Positions 24,829 through 36,579 of a stretch of 64,000 nt of DNA are shown here, one piece after another. Source of the DNA: Takakia lepidozioides (lineage: Eukaryota > Plantae > Bryophyta). Position numbers and translations under genes: made by a program. Location of the stretch: assembly GCA_030704615.1 (NCBI GenBank), contig CM060734.1, forward strand, positions 35,712,001-35,776,000, in the 5' to 3' direction. Every line of letters starts with the position of its first letter. Position 1 is the first letter of the stretch. Below the pieces are notes generated by a model. That model ran no database searches. It worked only from the letters and a program-made list of their open reading frames with translations, and was not told the origin of the DNA.

Positions 24829-27800
24829 ATGGCGTGCTTGAAAAGTGGGGTGGGGGTATTTGGTTCACCTTCACAGCTTAACCGAGGTTCTTTGTCTTCT
24901 CAATCGGGTTGCCCGTACTCCAGTTATGTGCCGCTCCCGCAAAGAACCCGATGCGTAGGAAGGGCACCAGGTAACTCTCAGTCTCTACACTGTCTCACTC
25001 CCATTCTTTTGTTCAGTGTAAATTGGGAGCGGGGTCAATGGCCACAGTGCTCCAGTAGGCACGGTGCGATACTTTTATAATGTGAGTGTAGATGAGTGGC
25101 CAGAAAGTTAAGACAATCGTAGCGTATTTTTGTCTGTGTGTGTGTGTGTGCGTACGTGGCCCCTTGTGCTGTAACCCAGCTTCGAACCTTGTCTGCGATT
25201 GTTGATGAATCTGCCCAAATTGTTACTCGTCACAATATGTCAGTCTTTAATTCATCGTTGTAGAGTAATGAGCCCTGCGGGTGGAATGGTTTTATGCAGG
25301 GGAGCAATCTGCGAAGTCGCTGGAGAGAATCCGCAAGTTTGCAGAGCAATCTGCGCGGCGCTCTGGGGCCACCTTCTGCGTTGAGAAAGATGTAACTCCT
25401 GTGGTTATCAAGGTGGGGCGTCCATACATCCTCTCTTTCTCTCAGAGAAGGACACAAGGCTCACGTATCTTCTCTTCCATACACCCGATCACGAATCCAC
25501 CTCCATTCCTAACAGATGAATACGCATCACGATATTATGGAAGGGTAAATTTTTTGAGGGTGTCATAAATAATTCTGAATGGTGCCATACACAGTGTTGA
25601 AAGCAATCAGGAATTCTATTTTCTTTTGGTCTAACTTCTAAACGACGTTACCATTTCACCCTTCACATTTCAGTTGCCACTCTATAAGGGAGTCCCATAT
25701 AGGGTTGGCAGAACAGAGCAAGCACCTTTGAATCACTTCTTCTTCTCTTGCTTGTTGTCTCTTGTTGAAGGGTGTGCATGATCTTTCAGATGGACATTAT
25801 AGTGAATATGGAGAGTCTACTTCATCAAGCTGCAGTCTGATTTTATACTTATTCACATTGAAGTTGTCTAGTCTTTGAGCACAAGTTTCCATTGCAAACT
25901 TAGCTTCATGCTGAGATTGTCTCCCAAGGTGCTTCTATCCTGGTCGCAAGGTCATGGTCTTTGTGTGATAGGAAAGAGTTAACTTCTGTATGTACTCTGT
26001 GTCCTTCCATTCTTCCAGTAGCTTAAGTACACCACATGGGTAGGTGTAGTTGACCGTGTGGGCCATCTTCTAGGGGCTAACCAACAAGTTGCCGGGCTGC
26101 AGGAATTGGCGGAGCACAAAGATACATTAGCAGTCCCTGTCTGCACTTGCAGGTCACTGTCCTAGAGCTCATGACCCCCACTTGATTTGTTGCAATGGCA
26201 TCAGGAATTCCTCAATATCAGCATGCCGGCGTAGGATTGGTGGGTTGCCCAGATCAGGCCGGGCTGGGCCAATTTGAATTAAAATCTTCTAGCAATATCC
26301 TTATATCCTTATATAGCCATTCCATATCGTTCTTTCATGCTTTGTCACTTGCAGTTACAGTTCCAGATCTACCTTGAGGCTCCAGCTCATAGACCTATGT
26401 ATTGTTGGAAGTGTACCAGGCATATTCATTAAACCTGTCTATGCACAGTTCTGGACATCCACTAATACCCAAATTGGTTCTTGTACCAAATTTCTTTAAG
26501 GGCCTCTTTTGCACAAAGCATCAATCAAGGATGTAGTGCAGACTGCAACAAGGCAATCACCAGATGAAATCCTCTGATGAAAAAGGGTATAGTTGATCTG
26601 TGCAGAGCCTATGCATATGGGGATGAGATTCCTACTCAGGCTGAAGCAGTCACTAGCCCGACGTCCACAGTCCAGACAGAGTTTAAATCTCTACCAGACT
26701 TGGACTATTTGCAGGTAAAGCTTATTCAGATCAAGAAAAATTTAGCGACTATTGGTTTCAGGCTCTTTGAATATTCTAAGTAAGTTACTACGTTTGTGGG
26801 GCAAAGCAATGAGTCTTTATAGATCAAGCTTTGTAAAAGGCTGGTCCCTTGTTTACAAGAAACACATACACTATATGATGTTGTTCATAAGTCCAAATCT
26901 TTGTGTGGGGTTTCGTATTGAGTATATGACTTTCTGCATTGGGACCTTCTAGATAAGAGTTGGGTAATTGATACTCTTGTCTACATAAGCTGTTGGGATA
27001 CCTCAATACGTTTTGCTCCTATCAAAGGCTCAGTGCAGTGGTTCATATGGTTTGTTACTTGGTTCATGCAGGAACTTCTTGCTATTCAGCAATCAGGTCC
27101 AAGAGCTATAGGGTTTTTCGGAACCCGTAATATGGGGTTTATGCATCAGCAGCTCATTGAGATTCTCAGCTATGCAATGGTCATAACGGTGCGTGTTTTA
27201 TAGTATCATTCGCTCTTGCATCAGCTGTGACCTCAGTTGAAGACATCTTTGAAGCTGGGCTCATTTTGCTATATATTTAGCTTATGGGGACATTTCCACA
27301 ATCTGCTCAATAAGCTAAACAGTTCTCTCTAGTGCTAAATACATCTGGTGTGACAGTTTCTGCTGATATTTGTTGCTCTTCGGTTGACCTGTTCAATGTG
27401 ACTGTTGATGACACAGTAAGGTGTGTGCTGATGACCTCAGAAAAACCACATTTACACATCAGGAGCTTCTGGGACTAATGCGGCAGTGATCCGTGGAGCA
27501 TTGAGAGCTGAGAGGGCAGACTTGCTCACTGTGATTTTACCGCAAAGCCTGAAAATGCAGCCTCCTGAGAGCCAAGAGTTGCTGTCAAGGGTATGAAGCC
27601 TCCAGTGAGATCGGGCAATCACCTCATAATTTCCTTGAAGTATCCAAGTGGGAGAATTTGGTGGAGAACACCACAGATCACTGCAACTAGAACTGTGACA
27701 TTTTGCATGTTTTCCTTTCTAACAAGTCAGCAATAAAGCTTGCTTGGGTAAACACATCCAGACTTGGTGTAAAGGTGAATACTTAAGGGTGAGGTTGAAG

Positions 27801-28490
27801 TGGAGGGGAGAGGATGAGAGTGACATCCTGCATCCCCCTAGCTCCTGGATGCCTGGTGGTATTTAAGTGTCACTTTTGTAGCTACTATTCCATTAATGAA
27901 CCACTGTGGGGAAGCCAGGTGCTAGTACAAAGTCTTGTGTATACTTAGGTATCAACACACACGCGTACTTTCTAAGCATTGAAAGGATGTGGGTTTGCGG
28001 GGGGTATTATGTGAGTAGATCTGGTGTTGACCAGTGGTGATGATCCATTGCAGGTGAAGAATGTGGTGGAGATGCCTCACAATGACCACTTGCCATTGAT
28101 TGAAGCCAGCAGGTACTTGGGACTACCTAATATGGTCTCAAGCCTTTTGGGGTTAAGGGTTCATGTCTACTTAGAACGCTCGTGTAGAATGACCTTTGCC
28201 TGGTGACTTTAATGATGTTCTTGTGGATCTAGAGAGGGTCGGTTTGGTCACCCCAGTATTGGGAAGGCTTGTGCTATGATCTGTTGGCCGAAATAGTTTC
28301 TATTCTCTGAAGTTTGAAACTTGTAGAATGATGTGGTCTTTGCAATGTTGACAGGCTTTGCAACATGGACATTTTGTCACATGTTCAACAGGTGATTTGT
28401 TTTGCTTTCCACGACAGCAACCTGCTGATGGAGACCTGCAAAGAGGCTAAAAGTTTGCGAAAGATTGTCACACTTTTCTATTTAGATTAG
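24829..28490 (+). CDS. Plastid-targeted cyanobacterial-type 'DNA recombination-mediator protein A' (DprA/Smf, SLOG Rossmann-fold) family protein, At2g43945/At3g59870-like
   Basis: Ser/Arg-rich transit-like exons 24829-24970 and 25300-~25412, one or more unresolved short exons, then ~26606-26714, 27072-27188, 27441-27590, 28054-28112, 28355-28490. These give DYLQELLAIQQSGPRAIGFFGTRNMGFMHQQLIEILSYA..HIYTSGASGTNAAVIRGALRA..QVICFAFHDSNLLMETCKEAK..KIVTLFYLD*. Confidence 0.9.
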
Positions 28491-30343
28491 TAGCACACAA
28501 TTTGTAACTGTCCTGCCTCCTATCGCCTGCAATAGAGAACTACTTACTAACCAAGTAGATGTTTTGTGGGTGGCCACCCAGGAGATAGCAATCCCCCTGT
28601 ACAAGTTTTACCACTCTCAACAAGTGCGTAGAACTGTGCCATTGATTCCATTAGCATTGGTGAATTGTCTGAGGTTATTGTCTCAGTGAGTGCATTGCCT
28701 GCTTCCACTGAGATGATCATTTTTTACTCATCTGTACGAATAAAGTGGTATTTGGAAATGTATTTGGACTTTTAGCTCAGGTAGGGTCTCCAGCACAGAG
28801 TGGTTTTAGATACACCTTTGCAATGTTTGTTGGGATCTAGTTTCACATACAAGCTCCTTCAGTTTGATGTGGACAAGATTGACCATGTCTTGTATGACCT
28901 CTAAATCTAAGCCCAGTACTCAGGACACCAGAAGTTTCTTGGCGTGCAAGAACAAAGCGTGTGCACTGCAGCAACGGGCTTTGCATTTGTTATGGATTGA
29001 GACAAGACTGCAGGTCTGTTACTCTTGTAAGCACAAATTGACTACAGGTTGTGGTGTTGTAGATGGATTGTTTGATAGTGCTCTCCTCGTTTCAGCTTAT
29101 ATTCCTATTGAACACCTGGATGTGCGTCGGTTTTCATGGATATGGGGGGTAGTGGTACCAACCTTATAAGCAGATCTATCGGCTCAGCTACATTTGATTG
29201 CCCAGATGAGTTGGTAATTGTTTTACCCCCCAAGATTTCCCTAGTCTGTCTCCCCAGCTTGCATAGTTGGTAAATTATGTTGCATCTCTGTTGCAATCTT
29301 CCAGGAGACTTGAGGATCATAGACAACTGAGCTGCTCATTATTTGCAAAGGATGTGGAGTCTTGCAGATTGTATGCAATGGAAACTCTATGCAGGAGATG
29401 GTGTTTGTGTACACATTTAGATTTCAAGATACAAGCAAAAAAGATGACACGGGTTAAAATCAGTACATTTAAGATTGTGTCACACCCACAGAATGACCCA
29501 GATTACTGAAAATAGGGTATTTTTCATATGGAAAGGCTATGCCTACTTTATAGCATCATGTTCAGTGAAATGCTGTTATAGCATCAGTTCCTAGGCAGAG
29601 GGATCCATTTGCATCAATGGCAAAATTACATCTCCGCGGCATACATAATATGACCCTTGTTATATAGAGTCTGCCTTAAAAAAAGTACCACTTTTGGGAA
29701 CAATTTTCGGTGAAGAGCCAAGTCTTGGGAGGGAAGATGTTTGTGCCTTGCTTGAGCATACATCATCTCTGCTGTATACTAGCAGCAATGGGCTCAGTTA
29801 ATTCAAGAGATTGTACTACAGCTTTCAAATGTCTTTAAAATTTTTCAGACCCCCTGAACTTAGGGACTTGACTTCAGGAGTCAGCCTCAGTTCAACATTC
29901 AACGGCATGACCTTCAGCAAAACTTCTTACCTTAATCATCTCCAACGGTTTTCAGAAGTCTTGTTGATTGATTGGTATGAATTCTCTGGCTTGTTCAGGT
30001 GGATCATGTGTCTTTCAGAACCAGCAGCATCCTCGAGTTCAAAAACTCCCTCGGAAATTCTTCATCCCTTGGGGCAGGTGGGAGATCTGATCTTGGCCCT
30101 GTCTTTGATCTTTGACTCCAGGATGCCAGATTGGAAGATTGAAAAGCTTCATTTGTCATTTCACAGACGATATGTAATATTAGTGGTGGACATCACAATT
30201 TTGGTCCAACTGTAAAATCGAAGGTTACATAATTTCCAATGGAATCCATTGTTGCTTTGAAGGTGGAAGTCAAATCTGCTCTGGACTGGCTCGTGAGAGA
30301 GCCGTAAAGTCAGGTCTGAGAATACTGTACAAGTGGTCTTGAA

Positions 30344-33300
30344 CTAAACCAGAAATTCAGTGTCAGAAACCTCCATTGTCCTATGAATACCAATTGGTCT
30401 CACACCATCCTCAAATTGGTTGCCCAAAATATACCTGCCAACCACAATCTATCGGTGTCAGACATAGTCCACCGGGACAGTGGTTTATCTCCACATTCAA
30501 AACCCCCATGAAGTTCCTGGTAAAAGCAGCCACATCAGATGTGCAAAATGCACTACGACCAGTGGGTGCATGGGAGGTCCCAACCGGAGATCTATCCCCA
30601 CACACCAGCAAATCATCGAACTAGCCTATAAGATAAGAGAATGTGCTTTAAGGGGGTTAAATAGTATACATCCATGAAAGCAGAAACAAGTAGGCACACT
30701 CACAGATGGGCGGTGAGCTTACATTTCTTTCAAATTAGGGTGTCGGTACAATGCCTCAGGAACTTTTCCAGTAAAACTGTTGTTGTCTAGATATCTGCAA
30801 ACCAACCCTCATCACAAGAAACTCACCAACCAAAGAACCAAAGCACATTGCACGCAAGATGCATTACAACTCAACTGCTGATGCTAGTATCCAATCTTGT
30901 CAATCACTGCTATAACTACACATTTGAGTCGTCATAATGGTTTCTAACTCAGAGAGTGAAATGAAAAACACAGAGGTCAGAACAGGTCGTTTCTTGTCTT
31001 GATGAGTGGGTGAGGTGGTGAGAGACACTTACAAATACGTTAACATAGGAAGAGCAGCCAAGGCTTCCGGTACTGACCCACTTAAGCGATTGTGGGACAA
31101 ATATCTGAGAACAATAACATAGCACCCAATCCTGTCAGACACCACATCCTACATTCTTCTTCCTTCCCCTCTACCTGCAATATTGGCAATGTCAACCCTT
31201 CCATCAACACTATCCACCACAGAACCAGGTGTCTTGTGCTGAGCATGAGCACTACAAGGGTACAGCATTGCCAGCAATAACATTGAGCAGTTTCTGAGTA
31301 AAACTGAGTAAACGCATACCCCAAATATTGCCTTACATATGGAAATAATGACCAAACAGACCATCATGAAGACATCTCTGCAATCAAAAGCTAGTTGCTT
31401 ACGATCCAACAGAGAGGCCACACTGAGAACTCACAGAATCTCAAGATTTTTAAGGCGGGAAATTTCTGTTGGTATCGGTCCTGTGAACCAGTTATCATTC
31501 AAGTACCTGTCCCACATGGCACCCAGCAATCCTCAAGTTCAGGACCAAAACCAGCATATGACCATCCCTTAGGACTACCCACAAAATCCCTGACTAGCAC
31601 ATTCTCCCTTAGGAATTGCAGGTCTACTAGCTTTCCAATAAACATTCCAAGAATGGAGGCAAAAGGTAGTGCAGTAGCCAGAGATGGGTCGCCAGAGATG
31701 GTTTGTCTCCACATTGTTTGATTGAGCATCCCATTAGTAATCGTGCAAACAAGGTCCTCCTCTCCAATTGCACAAGAGTGAAAAGAAGTGAGACATTTTC
31801 AGTGTCCTGCTGCTTAACAGGCCACACTTAAGCAAACAAAAAAACTGACATGAACAGTTGCATGCTTGTATGACAGTCTGTCACTTATAAATAGTTAAAT
31901 CAGAGCCAAAGCCAGCAGATCCTCTGCTTTCAAGCAATGTCCATACTCCTCAATAAGAATAGAAGGGAGATCACTGACAAGGTGCGGAGGGCAGGAAAAC
32001 GTCCCTCCGCTCCAACCAGCTCCCGGATATTGCCAATCAAATGGTTGTTGCTAACATCACTGCACCCACCAGTTCACAGTATACTTCCAGCTCAGTAAAA
32101 CTCCTCAGCTCTTCTAATTTGCAGTAACCTGAATGAAAAAAGATCTGCAGTATCCCTCCTTCCTATTCCCAAAATGGACCTTCAGAACCAAGTTTGTCCA
32201 CATAAGTGCAAGAAGAAATAGTTTCGACCCGTAACCATCACCCTTTCACCCATTGACCCGAGGGACCACATCCCAGAATTCACCTAGCCAACGTCAGTTA
32301 TTTTGAAAACCAACAAATAAGGGAAAACATGGGACAGGGTGTAAGAACAGCATACAAGTGGCGAAAGTCAGGCAACTCGCCAAGCTCCAAAGGCACATGC
32401 CCTGTCAGTTTATTTTCATGTAGATACAAGTAGCGCAGCCCTTTCAGGTCAGCTAACTCTTTCGGAATGCCCCCCCTGAGACTGTTGAAACTCAAGAACC
32501 TGCAAGCCCCTCATCCATACACATAGACAGAGCTGTCCAAACCTAAGTACACAAACTTGAAAATTGATTTGATTTTCGTAGACCTTGATCTGGCAATTCT
32601 TGCTAACATGGAAACAGTCTGTCATGAAGTTTTCTTGTCTAGCTGTCCCTTTGGGTGGTTACCAGGAACACATTCATCTGAATACTCAAACTCTACCCAA
32701 GCAAATACACAATGTGGGCATGATAGATAGATTGGCTTTCTGTTGTCTTGTTCAAATCCAAGAAATTGCAATCAGCAGTGAGATAGTTTTTTCTGCACCA
32801 AAGACACCATGGAACTAGTCTTCAATACAGTGACATTAAGTTTCCACTTCCCTCATCCTCATAGGACACAAACAAACAAATAAGAGAAGTGCATGGTGGC
32901 ACTGAATATGGAATACCCAAAAAAGATTTATACATGCCTTGCAGGAAATAACAAACAACCAACTTACAAGTGTTTCAACTGTTTCAGCTCACCCAGCTCA
33001 ACAGGTATGGCATCCTGCAACTTATTACCCCGCAGGTTCCTGTCTTTCCACCCCACCACCAAACCCATACACACTTCAGCAACATTAACACCTGGATTCA
33101 GCAAGCAATGTCAAATGAGTATACGATCTCATTATCTCAGTTCCAGAAGCTCCCTTGACAGTGAGGTAGTACCAGTAATCCTGACACGTGGTACTGGACA
33201 TGAATCTTTCTCCTTTGTAACAAATTCAAGTGAAAAGAAGTGCTCACAAAGTAGTCAGCTGGGTTAAACGGCCAATTTGGGGAGGAATCACACCCGTCAA

Positions 33301-35664
33301 TTTGTTTCCATGCAAATCCCTGCGACCACAATCAAATCAACGCCCCTCATTTGGGAATACGGAAAATCAACACATGTCTTTGCTACTACCGCATAAAATA
33401 TTTTGTGTGAACTACAGAAAACAACTGCCTTGAGAATATTTAAAAACACTTTGTTAATTGGTTTTTCTACTGTAAAACCTTTTAGACATGCAAACATGAG
33501 AGAATCAGCCTCCATTCTCTCAAGTTTCTCTCTCCCTCTCTCTCTCTCTTAATTCTACTGTTCTGCTCAAACTGAGCGCAGGGTCAATGGCCACAAGGGT
33601 TTGGCAAACAACGTCTTATGAGTACATTCTCTTAATTCTACTCGTGTCCCTTTGACGCCCCTGGACATTAATATATTTTTTCCTTCTGTCTTCTCCCCTC
33701 ATCTAGGTACCTTTTCCCTCCTCCGCATCTGATCCATGTGCAAGGTCTACATGGATCTTCATGGATCATCATGAATGTTGCTTCATTAAACGTTGAAGAC
33801 ATTGAAACACAAAAACTCACAGCTTCTTGAGATCCAACAGGTTCGTCACAGCCATAGGGAATGGGCCCATAATCATTGCTTGTATAAGCTCCCTGCAACA
33901 ACTCACCCCAGCAGATCTTGATTATCACACAACCTATCCACCTCTGAGACTTCATATATTAGGCCAAATCATCGTAATGATACCCCAAATTCCTTAAAAC
34001 TGTAACCAAACAAAGTTATAATATTTTTAGCTGAAGTGAATGTACGGTTAGGCCAAAGAAACAGCTAGTTGCGGGCTGCAGGTACCCTGAATGATGGTAT
34101 GTGGTTTACTTGTAGAAAACAGATATTCTGCCTAGGAGAAAAGGAGTTTTGCATCTCCAGTGTAGTGTGTCAGAGCTGTGTCGATACTCTGGCTGATTGT
34201 CCCTATCTATTGACAACACAAAATTGATGATTATATGTGAATATATGTCGTGTCGAGCAAGACTTAAAAGCTGACCTCATGCGCTTTGGTGGTGTGGAGA
34301 CAGAAATAAAGTGTTATGTTCACAGCTGCTGCATTACCAACATGAGCTTGACACACTGGATACTGGCTGTTTATTCTGACCCACTATGATTTCAGAATGC
34401 TCTTGATAGGGGTGTTCACTGACACATCATAGATGCAAAGTCAATTTCTTTTGTACTTTTGGGTATACTTATGTGCTGGTGGATTTGATACCACCAATTC
34501 ACCATTGTACAAGCAGTGCAAAAAAGGGTTTCCAAAGAGAAGTGCAGACATGGCCCTCTTAAGAATTGTTGCAAAGGGTTTGGCAAAAGAGTTGGAGAAG
34601 GAGATGCCATGGTGGCACAATAAGCAATCCACTCATGGGGAACATGACGGCCTTCTTGCCTGCCTTCTTCAACCCTGGAGTATCTTGAGAGGCCATAATT
34701 GCACCTCAAGTCATCTCAAAAATCTTGGATGTATGAAATCGCAACTCACTCTGTGAACAACCCACTCTCAAAGGGGTGCACGATCTGAAGATGGAGGCAT
34801 GCCCTTGAAAACACACATTGCAGAAAACATTAACACGCTCAGTGATTGAAGAAGAATAAGTGAAGTGCATTAGGTGACCAGACTGGAGGCAGAAGAGTGA
34901 TGGAACTCACAATTCTGTGACTACACGAAACTCTGTCTCCTTAGATGGAGAGCAAGTGATGCCAATCCAAGGTGCAAGTTCTCCATCTCCACAAGGATCA
35001 TCACCAGTCCAGGCGAACACCACCTTCCACCCCAATGAGGCTTTTAACTCGTTCAAAGCCTTCACTGCAGCAAGAATGAACCATCCCCATCAACTCGCTG
35101 TCTCAATCTCATTGCATATGTAACAACAGCCACATATGACAACTTTCTGCTACAGTGCTAGTATCACAACATACTGGGTATGAGGTCAATGCCGGCCATG
35201 AAACGAACACTCAATGCCTGCAACCGAGTTGCTGTTGGCTGAGTAAGAGTGATACAGCCAATTACGCTGACCTGCATACCCAGGTGGGTCGAATCGTGCC
35301 CTGAGCCCTCTAAGCATTCCTCTTAGGCGGTGTTCAAAGGGCATGACCAATGTGTGTGTGTGTGTGTGTCTTTCTCTCTCTCTCCCCCCTTACAGAAAGA
35401 GCTTTACAGGAATCTGCAATGCTCTGACATACGAAAGTTCGGTAAGGGTCAGTCGACTCCCTTGCTAACCTCTCCACCTCCTCGTTAGTCTCGATGAAGG
35501 GCCCAATACCTGAGAGATGTCATACCCATTCGACTACAAGATTAAACCTGGACAGCTCAAAGTAAGCGGAGGGAAGCACACATACCGTCTCTCGTCGAGG
35601 TTTTGGAGAAAACAAACGGAATCGTCAGCAGCATAAGACATAGGAGAAACGGCAGGCGAGTCAT
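30344..35664 (-). CDS. Secreted/extracellular leucine-rich repeat protein (At5g61240/At1g13910-like)
   Basis: Signal-peptide exon 35664-35586 ([26 protein letters not shown]); LRRNT exon 35064-34911 ([34 protein letters not shown]); a series of ~72-bp LRR exons (e.g. [32 protein letters not shown]); last exon [29 protein letters not shown] ending at 30344. Confidence 0.93.
34340..34730 (+). mobile_element. Second Crypton-like (DUF3504 N-terminal half) relic inside intron 2 of the LRR gene
   Basis: Broken frames GCLF*PTMI / RMLLIG / VH*HII, then [49 protein letters not shown]. This resembles the Crypton pattern G..YPP.TL..LL.GI.R.L..F....P.F......MK.....G....KA..LT.E.E......P.GLL...F.LRG. Confidence 0.45.
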
Positions 35665-36579
35665 GATCGTCCCTCAAGGCTTTCGTGTATCTCCCTTTCA
35701 CCACATTGTCCCTGAAAAATCGAAAAATGGAACCTTTTCTAAACTGTACTTCTCGATCTGATCCTAAATACACAAGCACAACCTGGGAGAGAATATATCT
35801 CGTTAAGATCGGTTCTTGGATATCCTAAAACCCTAGAGCGAACTCTGGAAGCATGCTGGTAAGACGAGCGGGCTGACAGCGTTAGAAACAAGTATGAGCA
35901 TCCCCACACCGACGATCGTCCAAAACAGCTGACGATCGTTCTCATAATTCTGCGGACAGACGAAATGGAGACAGAAAGGTGGAGGAGAGTCGGATCTGCC
36001 TGCGAATTCCGTCCAAGCAGGTTCGTCAAGGGTTGGGTGCATTTCCTTTTCAAAGGCTCCGAGTGTCTCCTCGTTCTCGTTCATCCTTCTCTCTTCCTGT
36101 CTGTGTGCGTTTTTTCTGAAGTGGGTTTCTTGTGCTTCAGTTAGCTACGGATGGTTTTATGATCTGAATCATCGAAAGATTGTGTGTGGGCTGGTTGCAT
36201 GTATGGGGTAAGGGATTGTCTCTGTATGTTTATGCTGTGAATTTTCTTTGAACTTGTGATGGATGCTTACGGTGTCTTGCATTTTTGAAAAAATTGTTTC
36301 TCCCTTACGTGCCCACGCACTCGAGGTGACTTCACCCTCATGCCCGCACATGGATAGAGATGGAGGAGCGCTTTCACAGAATCACAGACATTCTCACACT
36401 GGTAGTTATGGAGGTACCTGGAGTTTGGCGTCTGCAGCCAGCTGCATTTCGGGGGAGGAGGTCCAGGGGAGGTTTGGATTAAGAAAGGGAGACACACTTT
36501 GAAAAGGACAGTTGTGAAGGGGTAGGTGAGTCGGGTGGCTAAGCGGGGGGGAGAGGGAAAGAGAGAGACAGAGATAGAC

